Shown here piece by piece: positions 1-11,800 of a stretch of DNA of 64,000 nt. Under the pieces are notes generated by a model. It had not been told where the DNA came from. It did no database searches and saw only the letters and a list, made by a program, of their open reading frames with translations. This stretch comes from Nemertoderma westbladi. Its lineage: Eukaryota; Animalia; Xenacoelomorpha. Both the position numbers and the translations under genes were made by a program. The first letter of the stretch is position 1. Every line of letters begins with the position of its first letter. The stretch is from assembly GCA_032718475.1 (NCBI GenBank), contig JAUCBJ010009103.1:260733-324732 (forward strand). Reading direction: 5' to 3'.

Positions 1-60
1 GGTCTTAAATGAGAGTCTTACAAATTCGAACGTCAACGAACAAATTCGACGGTTACTGTT

Positions 61-160
61 CCACCTTGGTGTAGTGGTTGCATTGAATTCACATCGCCCG
101 TATGTCATGGGTTCGATCCCTGCATGAACCAGGGCAGTTTTCGTTCGGTCAGCAATAGGC
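61..160 (+). mobile_element. tRNA-derived SINE-like head
   Basis: A-box-like TGGTGTAGTGG and B-box GGTTCGATCCC, followed by GGCAGTTTTCGTT, which recurs after the B-box at ~60560. No convincing cloverleaf. Confidence 0.5.
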
Positions 161-429
161 CTAACGCAAAATGCAGTATTATTGCCTAGCAACCAATTCA
201 TGGCTACCATATGGTTTTCACTTTGAGACATTTCGCCCTCTAGCGGCAGACTGGGGAACTTCAGACTACTCTGTGACTCTGCAAAAAAGATAGCCCATAT
301 TGTAATAGATACCGATTGGGGGGTCAAAATTAAGTAATAATTTATCTAAATAAGCCTCAAACATCTTGCCTCATGGCTCGCCCCTTAGAACTCTTAAGCA
401 ATATAACTTCATAGTTTTGCGGATTGTAA

Positions 430-608
430 ACAACAAAGCTAGAGAAGATGTTAATAATATTTTTCAGACATGCTCCCATGGGCATGACAGGTTGTCTGTC
501 ATGCTTATAATGGCCATTGGTGAGACATCCGCTACTGGGTGTGGGTTCGCAGGGGATCGGCCTCCGCTTTGCAGGACATTGCTTTCGCCGTGAGGACCAG
601 CCAGTGGC
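430..608 (+). mobile_element. LINE (RTE-like) 3' ORF fragment, left half
   Basis: Encodes RLRFAGHCFRREDQPV, a typical LINE RT C-terminal motif. Colinear with the intact minus-strand copy at ~18795-19000 and continues at ~2047. Confidence 0.65.
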
Positions 609-2046
609 TCATTCCAAAGTAAAGTACGGGACATTCGTACACAATTTTGAACTTTGATTGCCTGTACAATGTTATCCACAGCACATATGTGCACAAAATT
701 GTGCTTGGATTAAACTTTCGAATATCAGCTTTGATTTCGCGAAGCTTATGGCGGGACTTAGTCACTTTTGAGAAAACACCAGCTTGTCCAATTAAGGTAA
801 AGTACGGATTCGTACGAAATGGTTTTTTTTATTTTATGATTTCAATTCTAAAATTTAGCGAATTGTGCGCAGGTACGGTGTTGAGTTGATGTTTAGGATA
901 AAGCTGTATTATTAAGCTTAAATAAAAATATAAATATCAGACGAATTGCTGCATTGCTAATTTTTTACAGTGTGGTTTGTGTGGTAAAGTATGGGACATT
1001 GTTAAGTAAAGTACGGGACCTGTACGAATTTCATGGTCAAAATGGTCTCTTACACTTAACCTAACAGTAATTTCTGGATAATTAGTGATAATAAAGTGCA
1101 ACTAAGTATTTCCAACCAAGATATGGATACAAAATGTGGGGCGGCCCACAAATTGACCCGAAGTCTTAGCATACAGTATGGGTGCTCTTGAGGAGTTGTA
1201 TGTCATCTGTCTAATTTTTGATCGCTAATACTGTATAACTCGGTCATTTTTAGATGAAATTAAACCAAACCTGGTACGTATGAAGTCTGTCAATAGTTTG
1301 GAAAGAATCTGAAGTTTAAGGAATCAAAGGTCACATATCAGACAGTCTGTCTGTTGGTACCGATAGTTTCAAAATTTTGATAAAAACCGAAATAAGTCCG
1401 CCAATTAGTGATGAAATATAACCAAACTTGGTACACGTAGTCTGAAAAAAGTTTAGAAATTATTTCAATTTCTCTGAAAATGTATCAATTACTGTACTTA
1501 CCGATCTTCTTATCTGCTAAAAAACTAAATTTTTTGTAATTTGTTGTAAAGTACGGGACTTTACATGCATAAACTCAAATATTAGTTAACTGAGGAATGA
1601 TTCTTAGTTCAAATACATAGTACGTCTATGCTTCCCACTACTATCACCCTAAAGCATTATAACACTCCTGCCCTCCAGGTTTCATATACTGTATTACATT
1701 AATACAGTGCACTAATGTAATCGCCATTATAATGGTAAAGTATGGGACAATTTTCAATTGGCCGTCATGATGTTTCTGAGGGAGTAGATTATGAAACTAC
1801 AGGTAATTGTTTCTTAAGATGACGCAACACAAACGTGCTTTGCATTCCACTGGGTGATTGGGCTTAGTTAGACTACTTCTCTGTGTATAAATTAAAAATT
1901 TCACTATTTTTTGGTAAAGTATGGGACTTTACATGCATAAACCCAAAGATTTCTTGACTGAGGAATGATTCTTAGTTCAAATATAGACTCCTATTCTTAC
2001 GGCCGACTATGACCTTAGAGTATTATGCATTAAAGATTATGCACTG
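609..2046. mobile_element. Non-coding insertion splitting the LINE fragment (probable non-autonomous DNA transposon remnant)
   Basis: LINE sequence CCAGTG|CATAATC is split here. GTAAAGTA(C/T)GGGAC recurs about 7 times, with an internal duplication (~1547-1620 vs ~1914-1990). Confidence 0.5.
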
Positions 2047-2215
2047 GTGCATAATCTTTTGCTTTTTTCAGCCTCATGGAGCGAATAAGCATGGTGGACA
2101 GCCCATGACTTTCTTGAGGCGCATCATAAAGGACACTGGCCTAGAAGATGCGGATGATCTAGCAAATGTCATGGGTGATAGAGAGTTGTGGCGGCCCAAT
2201 TTTGTCGACAAGCCG
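2047..2215 (+). mobile_element. LINE (RTE-like) 3' end, right half
   Basis: Encodes QPHGANKHGGQPMTFLRRIIKDTGLEDADDLANVMGDRELWR; reverse complement of ~18800-18955. Confidence 0.7.
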
Positions 2216-2547
2216 GCACAGCATTCTTAAAAATGCAGCATGGCGATCATAGTAGAAGTCACAGGGGATTGATAATCAAAACGGGTTTTGGAACTACCGC
2301 TACCATGAAGGGATGTAAGATTTTTAGTAAAACTTTGGATGCAAAGTAAAGATGACATTCTTTACAAACACGCTCTCTAATTTTACCAAATGGAAGGGCA
2401 TTAGAGGTCGTAAGGTAAGATTTTAATGGTTATCATTGGAAGGGGTAATAGTTTAATAGTAAACACGTTAATAGTATATACGTTTAATAGTATGCAAGTA
2501 TACACACTATGTATTTAATATACAGTAATTTTATCGGAAACTTATAA

Positions 2548-2671
2548 TGTGACGTCACGATATTGCGGACACCCGCCCTCCCCCTCGTCACAAATCGTCA
2601 CGAAATACCAACCCACCCCCCCCCCCCCCCCCCCTATGTCCAGAGTGCCGTCATTTATGGATGGCCCCTTA
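2548..2671. mobile_element. MITE end (PIF/Harbinger-like)
   Basis: Reverse complement reads TAAGGGGCCATCCATAAATGAC with nearby TGTGACGTCAC, a terminus style common in invertebrate MITEs. Partner end not found. Confidence 0.35.
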
Positions 2672-4080
2672 TAATTATTTCAAACTTTAAAGTTCATATA
2701 CAGTATATATCATATTTGATCACTCTATTATATACATTTATTTTCTTAATATTGCGTTGCTAATTTAGACTTAGAATCTGTTGTATTGCCGATCAATTAA
2801 TTGTGTAATTTACTGCGTACATTAATTTCTACTGTAATTCTAAAATAATTACCGGTAATTGAATTACGTGTATTAATTAATATTCCGTTATTACCATTAC
2901 AATACCTAAACGGTGGCAGTGATCACTAGCACCTCGGTGCTACTCGCTGTCTCCATCCATCTTAATTCTTCTTCATACAGTATTTTTATGTTGAATCAAT
3001 TAAGTTGATGTATTAATGGAAAATAAATTTAATTGATTGATTGCAGGGGCAGCCGGCAGGCCTACTAAACTCAAACTGTAATACAACACTTAGTTAGACC
3101 TACTGCTGCTGTACTGAAGAAACTTAACTGCAGTTAAAGACCAGACACACTGACACAAGATAACATAACAGTCAGACAGTATCATATGGCAGTATGGTTC
3201 AGTTCAGCCAGACTGCAGACAGCCTGACAGCGGTGTACTTTAGTCAGTACATCTGTAGATCAGTAGATGCTGTAATGCAAACTACTGCACTAAGCACTAG
3301 GCCTACTGCCAGACTGCAACTGAAACTATATTGCTGCATATATGGCATTGGAGCATGCCAATTGCTGAATTGTGGAGTGCATGGTATGACTGTATTATGG
3401 TGGTGGCAAAAATACCGGTACTTCTGTACTTTTTGCTTTTATTTAAGCCAGCAAGCATCTCAATGTGCTGCAGGCTGATAGGCAGATTACAGGGATAGGC
3501 CTATCAGCCTATACTCAGATACTAGTCAGCTAGTACTGTCAGACTGTAGTAGTACTAGTACAGTAGTACTGCTGTACTGTAGTTGTACCGGTAGTACTGT
3601 ACCCTACCACCTACTACCGGTACCTGGGTACTCTGAAATAATTGTTAAAGCAGTTCACCTTCGTGGGCAGGTGGGGCCTTCTTGCAACACGGCAACACCA
3701 AACACCTGAACACGCACTGACAGACTGACGTTTGAAGGTTTCCTGGTTTCTTGTACCGGTAGGGGCTACGGCTAGGGCCTACAATAATACCCAAATACTG
3801 CTGCACTCTCAGACCTGCAGACTGTAGGCCTATCTCTGTATCTGCCTATGTATTAGAAGACAATTTGCGGAAATCTGTATTACATATAGGCAGGCAGGTA
3901 GGCCTATTACTGTATTACGATACCGGTTGCCGGTAGCCACTGACAGACTGGATAGTAGGCCTAGTGTCTGACTGTAATACAGTAATAGCCTAATACAGTA
4001 GCCTAGGCCTAATACTGTCTGACTGTAATAATATACAGATATAACCTTCATACCGGTGCCGCTATAATATAGTAATAATA

Positions 4081-4461
4081 ATGTCGTCCTCGTCAAGATT
4101 GAAGACTCGAGAACTTCGAGGAAAGAAGAAAGAGGAGCTAATGAAACAATTGGATGAGCAGAAGCAAGAGTTGTCGCAGTTACGGGTAGCCAAGGTAACG
4201 GGTGGGGCCGCCAGCAAACTCTCCAAGATCCGAGTAGTGCGTAAAAACATCGCGAGGATTTTCACAATAGCTCACCAAACGCAGAAGGAGAATCTCCGAC
4301 TCTACTACAAGAATAAGAAGTTTACCCCCAAAGATCTCCGTCCGAAGAAGACTCGAGCAATGCGGCGAGCGCTTACGAAACACGAGCTGAGTCTCCGAAC
4401 TTGCAAACAACAGAGACACAGCGCCCAGACCAAGATGAGGAAGTTCGCGTTGAAGGAATAA
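4081..4461 (+). CDS. RPL35: 60S ribosomal protein L35 (uL29), intronless CDS
   Basis: 126 aa with [14 protein letters not shown]...[26 protein letters not shown]...[16 protein letters not shown]; AATAAA at ~4569. Confidence 0.97.
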   Translation: MSSSSRLKTRELRGKKKEELMKQLDEQKQELSQLRVAKVTGGAASKLSKIRVVRKNIARIFTIAHQTQKENLRLYYKNKKFTPKDLRPKKTRAMRRALTKHELSLRTCKQQRHSAQTKMRKFALKE

Positions 4462-5676
4462 CCTACTCGAACCGCTTGTTTTATTTAACAAACAAATAGA
4501 TAGGCAGAGCAGATGAGTAAGGGGTTGTTTAATAATAATTCGCGAATAATATACGGATTCTTGTTCCAAATAAAACCTAATTATTAAAAAAAAAATACAT
4601 TTCATTGGCCATAGGGCTGTGGGGTTTTCGCTGGGACGTTTGGCAACGGCTTCTGAAACATCTGTTGTGACATCAATTCCACATATTACACCATTCACAT
4701 ACACAATGATGTTAAAGACAAATAGAAAATAACGTTTTCCGTATAATCTTCCTATATACTTCTTTAATCAATTTTTAAGCGAAAAATGTCGTTATCTTTT
4801 TTTTCCATTTTTTTATACCGCTGTACCGGGAATATGATCCTTCGAAATATATGTAATATATATATATATTACTTCTCATTCCCTCCTGTGAGTTATACAT
4901 TGAAACCTTAAACCAAATCATCTTTCAAGTTTAGTCAATTACAGTTAGTTCTATAAGTAAATAGCTCAATACTTATATAAATTGATATGATGTTGCTTAG
5001 TTCAAAAGGATGGGGGGGGGGGGGTGTGGTGAAAATTATAGATAAAACCGTTAGTACTGGTAATTAATTGTTAGTAGGTTAGGAAACAAACATACCGGTT
5101 TTTTGCCGGAATATATTTCAGACTATATATTTTTCTACAATAGGTTTGCACAAAAATGCTGTACCTTTACACGGCAGCTCATAGTAAGGGATGGATTTTC
5201 GGGCCCGTGGCGCCACGCCATTACATCATTACCATTACACCATTTCAAACAAAGCCATGTATGTAAAAAAAGAAATGTAAATGTGGTCACAGCACACAGA
5301 ATGAATTTCTGGTTATTGGGTTTAAAAATTAAAAGTATTTAAGTATATATTTTTATTAATAAATAATATTAACTTCAAAATAGGGAAAACAAGGAAATAT
5401 ATTATTTGAAGTACGGTAATAATAATTATTTATACCATGGAAATGAGATGGTGCTTTACTTTAACTCCACCTCGAATGTTTAATTTTAAACATGAGCGAG
5501 CGTGTTAGGTTATACAGTACATAATATACAGGAACACGATGCCCCGGAATATGGTGTCGTGAATGTGGTGCATTTATTATATAGAATGAGTTGTAGAAAA
5601 ATTTGGGGGAGGCGGCATGTCAATGAATAGGGTTGGTGCGCGAAAAATGTGTTGGGCTAGAAACAAATGAATAAAT

Positions 5677-5808
5677 GGTAAGAAGGTGCCCTGAATTGAG
5701 TGGCGGGTGTTTTTTGTAAAAACACGAGAGAAACAAATGGATAAGGGGTAAGAAGGTGCCCTGAATTGAGTGGCGGGGGCCGGGATGTGTTTTTTGTAAA
5801 AACACGAG
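5677..5808. repeat. Two-copy direct repeat
   Basis: GGTAAGAAGGTGCCCTGAATTGAGTGGCGGG and TGTTTTTTGTAAAAACACGAG each occur twice. Confidence 0.7.
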
Positions 5809-6529
5809 GAAACGGTCGAAATGGCGGGTTTAAGTAAGCGTGGGAAGCTAATTTTGAAAATCGGCTATGATTGGCTGCTACATATTTGACGTCATTAAGC
5901 AGTGCTCTGATAATTTTTATCTTGGTTTCTATATGGAGAGAGATTTTCGATCGATTCAAATTTCAAATACACGTTAAATCTCAATCATTTCACACGCGTC
6001 TTTTGACACTAAAATTAATTAAATTCATAAAGGGGAAGATTTATAAAATGTTGTAATGCGGAATGCCCAGGGTGGCATATTCGCCTAGCGTAATTGTAAT
6101 TTCATTACACATTACATTAGGCCTATTTATTACATCTCATAAGTATACCAGAATACCAATGATACTATAACAATGTACAGTGGGTGGTTTTAATGTAAAT
6201 GTATACTTAAATAGGTGCTCATTAACTTCTGCTACGAACTCACGTCCCTGATCTGGCATCACGATCTCCGGTTCCGCCACCCCGTAGCGAGTCATCAATT
6301 CGTACAGAAATTCCGCAACGCGAGTCTATTCCAGGAACAGCCTTGGCTTCGGGCCATTTAGTAAAGTAGTCAGTACATGTCATTATATACGCATTTCCCT
6401 TCAGCGTCAATGGTAGCGGCCCTATTAAAACTATTCCAATTCGAGACCAAGTCTGGCTCTTAACTTGAATTGAATTAAGAGTTCGATTTCCGTTTAGTCA
6501 TACAATTATAGCCCACGAATGCCCATATA

Positions 6530-6564
<35 letters not shown>

Positions 6565-6689
6565 GGGACGACTGGACGCAATAAAAATTCATCCCTCTCC
6601 AGGGAAAATTCGACGCAAATAACAGCTGATTATTCTCAAAAATAAAACTGTAACCTGTTCTATTGTAGATAAGCTTTAAGCATTGTAAA

Positions 6690-7717
6690 TAAGCTTTCTC
6701 TTAGTGCAGTGGGTGTTCAAAAGCACCGAATGCAGACTGGACAGACTGATGAGGTTCTGATTAAGGACATGGGGGGCGGTTGGCGACTCGCCCTCGCTTC
6801 AGCAGATGATAGTGGCAATGGTGGAATTGGTCTATTTATGAATCCAACTGCACATGCAGCATTGGACAAAATAGAAATCTCTAACCGCATCATCTGTTGC
6901 CACTTCTCATGTTCTGGAAGACTGGCTAAGAAGTTTCCTAAGGTGGTTCTGATTGTGTGCTACTCTCCAACTAGTGTTGCCCCTGTAGAGGAGGTGGAAA
7001 ATTTCTACCACAATCTACAAGCAGCTACTGATGGAGTGGATTAGCATACATTATTAACATTCCTGGGAGACTTTAATGCAAGTCTGCATCAATCACCTAC
7101 ATCACCCTGGGTCTATAGCAATAGTGTTAACCGAAATTCCATCCATCTTCAGGATTTGATCTCTGGAAATGGATTGTTTTCGGATGGAACCCAGATCAAG
7201 AAGCGAACTGGAAAGCTATGGACTCATAGTGAACCCAGTGGTCATAAGTCCCAGATAGACCATATTCTGTTTCGTAGGAAATACAGGAGCTCTATACAAG
7301 ACTGTAATGCATTTACACTACGACCCTTCTCCAGTGATCACCGCCTTATTGTGGCCAAGGTAAGACTTAGTCTGCGTGCTAGCAGAACAACGAAATCTGC
7401 CTTGCCGCGGCATGACTGGTCCTCTCAGTTGCAACAGCCAAGTGTGAGATCCAGCTTCACACTACAGCTGAGCAACAGGTATGAGGTTCTTGCCTCTAAG
7501 GCGGCAGATCAATGTGAGGGCTATACTGCCTTCACAGAGGCAGTTAAGTTAGCAGCTGCAGAAACAGTTCCTGTATACCCTCGAAACAGGAAACGGGCCC
7601 CCTGGACTAACAACAAAATTCAGAAGTGCCGAAATGACCTCTACAAGGCGCCGAAAGAGTCCCGACTCACACAGACTACAGCGGTCAAGAATGCAGTTAA
7701 GGCTGCATCTAGGTCCC
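6690..7717 (+). pseudogene. LINE (RTE-like) apurinic endonuclease domain, decayed and cut by an LTR insertion
   Basis: GGIGLFM, CYSPT, LGDFNA (after an in-frame stop at 7042), SQIDHIL and SSDHRL motifs. Confidence 0.88.
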
Positions 7718-8946
7718 TGTTCGAGCTTTTAGACCTTTAGCAGTTTAACCTGCCAATTTTAGGTGTCTTTTTGTATATCAATTATTTAATGTACTGAAGG
7801 TACATCAGCCGAAGCCAGCCTGTGCGCGACCATTCACCCACAGTTAAGGGAGACTGGATTCGGATGCTTTGATAGTGATTGCAGTGTAGACCTACTGTAT
7901 TATTCGATTGATCGTTAATATATAATCTCTGACAATATATTTACTTTCGGGGAAATATTAACAGTTCCTTTAGGACGTGGCGCTTTAAGTATAAAACAGA
8001 GTTATGACTTATACTAATCACAACTGGATGGCTACTGAGTTTCGTAAAAGGCGCATTCTTTAGGAGATGCTTTATTAACCTTCACACTACTTCACACGAC
8101 TATTCACACTACTGCGCACTGATCTGCCGACCGTCACTGAATTTGATCATATATAAGGAGGATCGCAACTGACACATGTAGGGATTATGAAATAGCATTC
8201 AATTCACACAAAAACCACTATAATGTAAGTCGCAGTTGCTACCGGTAAACCTGTTCCTCTAACCTTTAGTAATCAAAGAGATTGAGGGTTTTATGATTAT
8301 TCATCGGTATTCTCCAAATATATCAGCAATATATACCAACATAACACAGTAACACCAATTAATAACAGAATCAAATAATGCGGTGAACAGTCAGTATGTG
8401 TAGTTGAATCGCGTTGCGTAGTGCCGCGGTGTGGCGATTCAGATATGAAGTATGATTCAGCAATGATTCAGTAGTTGAATTGCGTTGCGTAGTGCCGCGG
8501 TGTGGCGGTGTGCTGCGTTAATAGTTTTACGTTCCTTTAATCAAAGCCATCTGATGTTTCTGAGGTTTAGGTCAAAGTCTGAAACTTCCACAGAAGTACA
8601 GAAGAATCCTAAGCCGGTGTTCTGGGCTTAGAAAAGATACACACTGACTGAATTGCGTGGGTTTCTGTAGAGCACTGTCCAACACAAAGTGAAAATCGCT
8701 CTGATTGGCTGAGCCGAACAAAGAACAAAGAGAGATTCAGGTTCCGCGTTGGCAGTAAATCAGCTGACAGATTGCGTCATCTGAGTCATCTTCTAGAGTA
8801 TTAAGCGAATTGCGGCAGAATGGCTAGTTATGTCCACTAAAGCATGCATACAGACATAACGGGTAAAAATGGCTTATGTCCGCTAAAAGCACCTACACAG
8901 TACATTGCGGAGAAAATGACTGGTTATATCCGCAAAAGCTTTTACA
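7718..8946 (-). repeat. 3' LTR of element 1 (1229 bp)
   Basis: TGTTCGAGCTTTTAGACC...CGCAAAAGCTTTTACA, matching 13433-14035 plus 17471-18010. Confidence 0.92.
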
Positions 8947-9024
8947 CCGCTCCCAGAAAATGGGATTTAATTCTATAAAATATAAAAAATCACAGTTTCT
9001 AAAATATAAAAATACTCTAAACAG

Positions 9025-10434
9025 TTAGTCCTTCTTACGCGAACGGCGTTTACGCAGTTTTTTGAGGCTAGCAAGAGTCCTTTTCTCTTTGGGGCGAGCC
9101 ACTTTACTAGGAGGGCTATAACTCCTGGGTGAAGGGTGCAATACAATTGCATCGGAAGGTTTAGAATGACGGTCAGTGTATCTGCCGGTCGAGGTATTCG
9201 GTTGATCGGTATCAACCTCAGTGGAACGAGGTCGAACAACCTTCAGAGCGCATTTTAAGACAGCAGCTCTTACTGGTTCCTGACGGGCCGTTTGCACGAG
9301 AGCGGTAGGTGGACCGTGTGCAGTGAGAAATTTCCCCGGTTTGATGGTTCTTTCCAACTCGCGTTCTCGGGCTCTATCGGAATCGATATGCTTCTCCTCA
9401 AGCTGATTTTCCTCCGCTTGTCGTTGAAAGCATTCGTCCAAAACTCTTGCAGAAAGTAGAGTCGTCCAAGTTCGATATCTTCCTAGAGATTCTGGATTTC
9501 CCGATCGAACTGAGATAAAGCTAATTCGTTTACCGCTTGGACTTGCTGCTGCAATTTACGTTTCTCTGAACAATCGTAGGTTCCTTTTCCGATCTTTTGA
9601 CGAATAGTGTCCAACGCGTTTCGTACAACTCTCTCCTCCACCTCGGTGACAGGTTGTATCGGGTTAAACAGGGACGATTATACGGTTGAATGGCGATATT
9701 AGGTGTCCGCGTCCCAATCCGGCTAGGTAAGATGGGCGAATATCTAGGGAGCCCACAACCGGAGTGCCACCGACTAATTGTTCGGGTAACACTAGATCTT
9801 TGAACAGTGAGTAAGCTCAGGAGGATCCGTGATACTATTAGGATCAAGAGTCTGAGGTCTCACCAGGGAATGAGGAGGCCTGACCGAGTATTCCGGAACT
9901 CTGATCATAGGTTTATTTAAGGATCGTTTGAGTCGGGCGAGCGTAGGTGATACGTCGAACAAGTTTCGCTCGAAACTCCCGTAAATATATCGAGTAAAAC
10001 TGTGTTTAGCGCAACGTCTCCGCAGGTGTTTGTCTTTCCGTTTGTTGTTGGTTGGGTCTAGGGCATTCATCGTAATAATACCAAAGACGCACCATCTTGT
10101 AGGGGAAACGCGGGTGATCTTTCTTCAGTTTTACAATGTTTCTCTCAAGAATTCCAAATATACGTTGGAGTCACTGCGTTTATCCGGTTCTTTTAACGTC
10201 TTCTCTTTCGAGTCGATTTCGAATAGAATTTTCGCATTCGATTCTCAGTTTATCGTTCCGACTCCACTGGGTATGATATTTAAATAGGACCATTTCCCTT
10301 TCGGTGTCGACATCGTCCGTATCGTGTAAATCGATAGGATGACCAGTAGTTAAGAAGTCCATATGCGTACCATTACGATGCGTATAGCGAGATTTTCTAT
10401 AGTCCAATTCACGCGTGAGCTGTTCCTTTGACAT
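9025..10434 (-). pseudogene. Decayed 3' accessory ORF of element 1, unknown function
   Basis: Series of frameshifted minus-strand ORF pieces with charged, coiled-coil-like content just upstream of the PPT. Confidence 0.45.
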
Positions 10435-11041
10435 TGGCGGTTCGATCTAACGGCCATCGTCCTCCATAGTGGGTGGACTAGCGTCGCCGCGTATTAAACT
10501 ATTAAACTATCAACAAACGCTTGCAATGGTAGGGTATATCGCTCCCTGATACTAAGATCATCTTCTATCAACTCAGACATAGCTGTTATATGAGTTTATC
10601 AATATTATAATTAATTATAATTAGGCTAGCGGGCGTCGCTGCCTACCCCTCACGGCCTCCGGACAGCGCAAGATCCTCAGCGCTGATGTACTGTCGCCGC
10701 TGTGTCTATCGCCAACATAGTAGCTACACAACGACAACAACAACCAGCGCGAGTCACTCCACTGTCCGTCCCAAGGGCTTAGATTTACTTCAGGTTCTTA
10801 CTGCAGGGTTAGGGCTACTTTCACAACTGCGACTCGCTACTGTAAACACACTTTAGTAGTAACATTCACCTATAAACGCACAAATTCCACACAACTGTCA
10901 CAAATTGTACACATTCGGGCCATGTGTCCGTTAGTCAAGTGCCTTCCAGAATGCCACGTTATTATTATGTATCCCTGGATACTAGCAGTGCGCTATTTAT
11001 GCCGTATTCTATTCAATGGGGCAAGCCTTTTTATTTTTCTT

Positions 11042-11800
11042 CTAACTCACTTCTAATTCTACAGGGGCTGTTTTACTGGGCATAGTTAGTTTAGTACCGT
11101 GCAAAGGGGATTTAGAGTTAGGATCTGGAAGTACAGGTGTCTCTATCACAGAGGGGGTGACTTCGAAAGCAGGCTTAATTATTTCAGGATCATCCACTAT
11201 AGTAGGGAGTCTGTCTACTCCAATAATATGGTCTGTGGATTCAGGATTACCTAAGTCTACACTAGCCAGTTGCCCTCTCAACGCAGGAGGTAACGTCCGC
11301 TTGAACGTCCGTCTACGTCCGCTTGGACGAGATTTATTACCTCTACCTTCGGGATCTCTTATATCACCTTCATCGGGGGAGGCAAATCCCTGTCTTCTGG
11401 TTTGTTTCTTCAAGTAATCTTGTTTCGCCTGAAGGTTTTCCAGCTCTAGTTGGGTAGTCGCTTCAGACGCCTTCCGTTCTGCTTCAGCCACTGCCGCTTT
11501 CCTTTCAGATTCTGCCGCGGCCGCTGACCTTCGGTCTTCTATTTGCCGTTTCTTTAATTGTTCCTCTTGTTCCATTGCCATGGGGACCTTAATAGGCCTA
11601 CGGTGCTGTACTAGCCTAGGGTCTGACACTACTACTGTAGGGATGACCTTTCTTACAGTAGGAGGGGACTTGGACTTTGGTCTGGGATGTTCTATACTTT
11701 GATCTTGGTCACAGATCCTTTCAAGATACTGTCCAAGTCTAAGACTCATTCTAACACCTTCAAAAAGACTATCTGACAGTGCCCATTTTGTGTCAGACAT
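11042..11800 (-). CDS. Truncated Gag N-terminal-like ORF of element 1
   Basis: 252 aa, first ORF after the 5' LTR leader, with an E/R/A-rich coiled coil like Bel/Pao Gag N-termini. Confidence 0.5.
   Translation of the reverse strand: MSDTKWALSDSLFEGVRMSLRLGQYLERICDQDQSIEHPRPKSKSPPTVRKVIPTVVVSDPRLVQHRRPIKVPMAMEQEEQLKKRQIEDRRSAAAAESERKAAVAEAERKASEATTQLELENLQAKQDYLKKQTRRQGFASPDEGDIRDPEGRGNKSRPSGRRRTFKRTLPPALRGQLASVDLGNPESTDHIIGVDRLPTIVDDPEIIKPAFEVTPSVIETPVLPDPNSKSPLHGTKLTMPSKTAPVELEVS

Noticed and set aside
61-130. Functional tRNA gene (also ~60460-60530)
   Set aside because: A/B boxes are present, but there are no proper acceptor or anticodon stems; SINE-like.
6529-6562. Long G homopolymer as a regulatory G-quadruplex
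   Set aside because: Poly-G/C runs are scattered across the window and their lengths are unreliable; there is no specific support.
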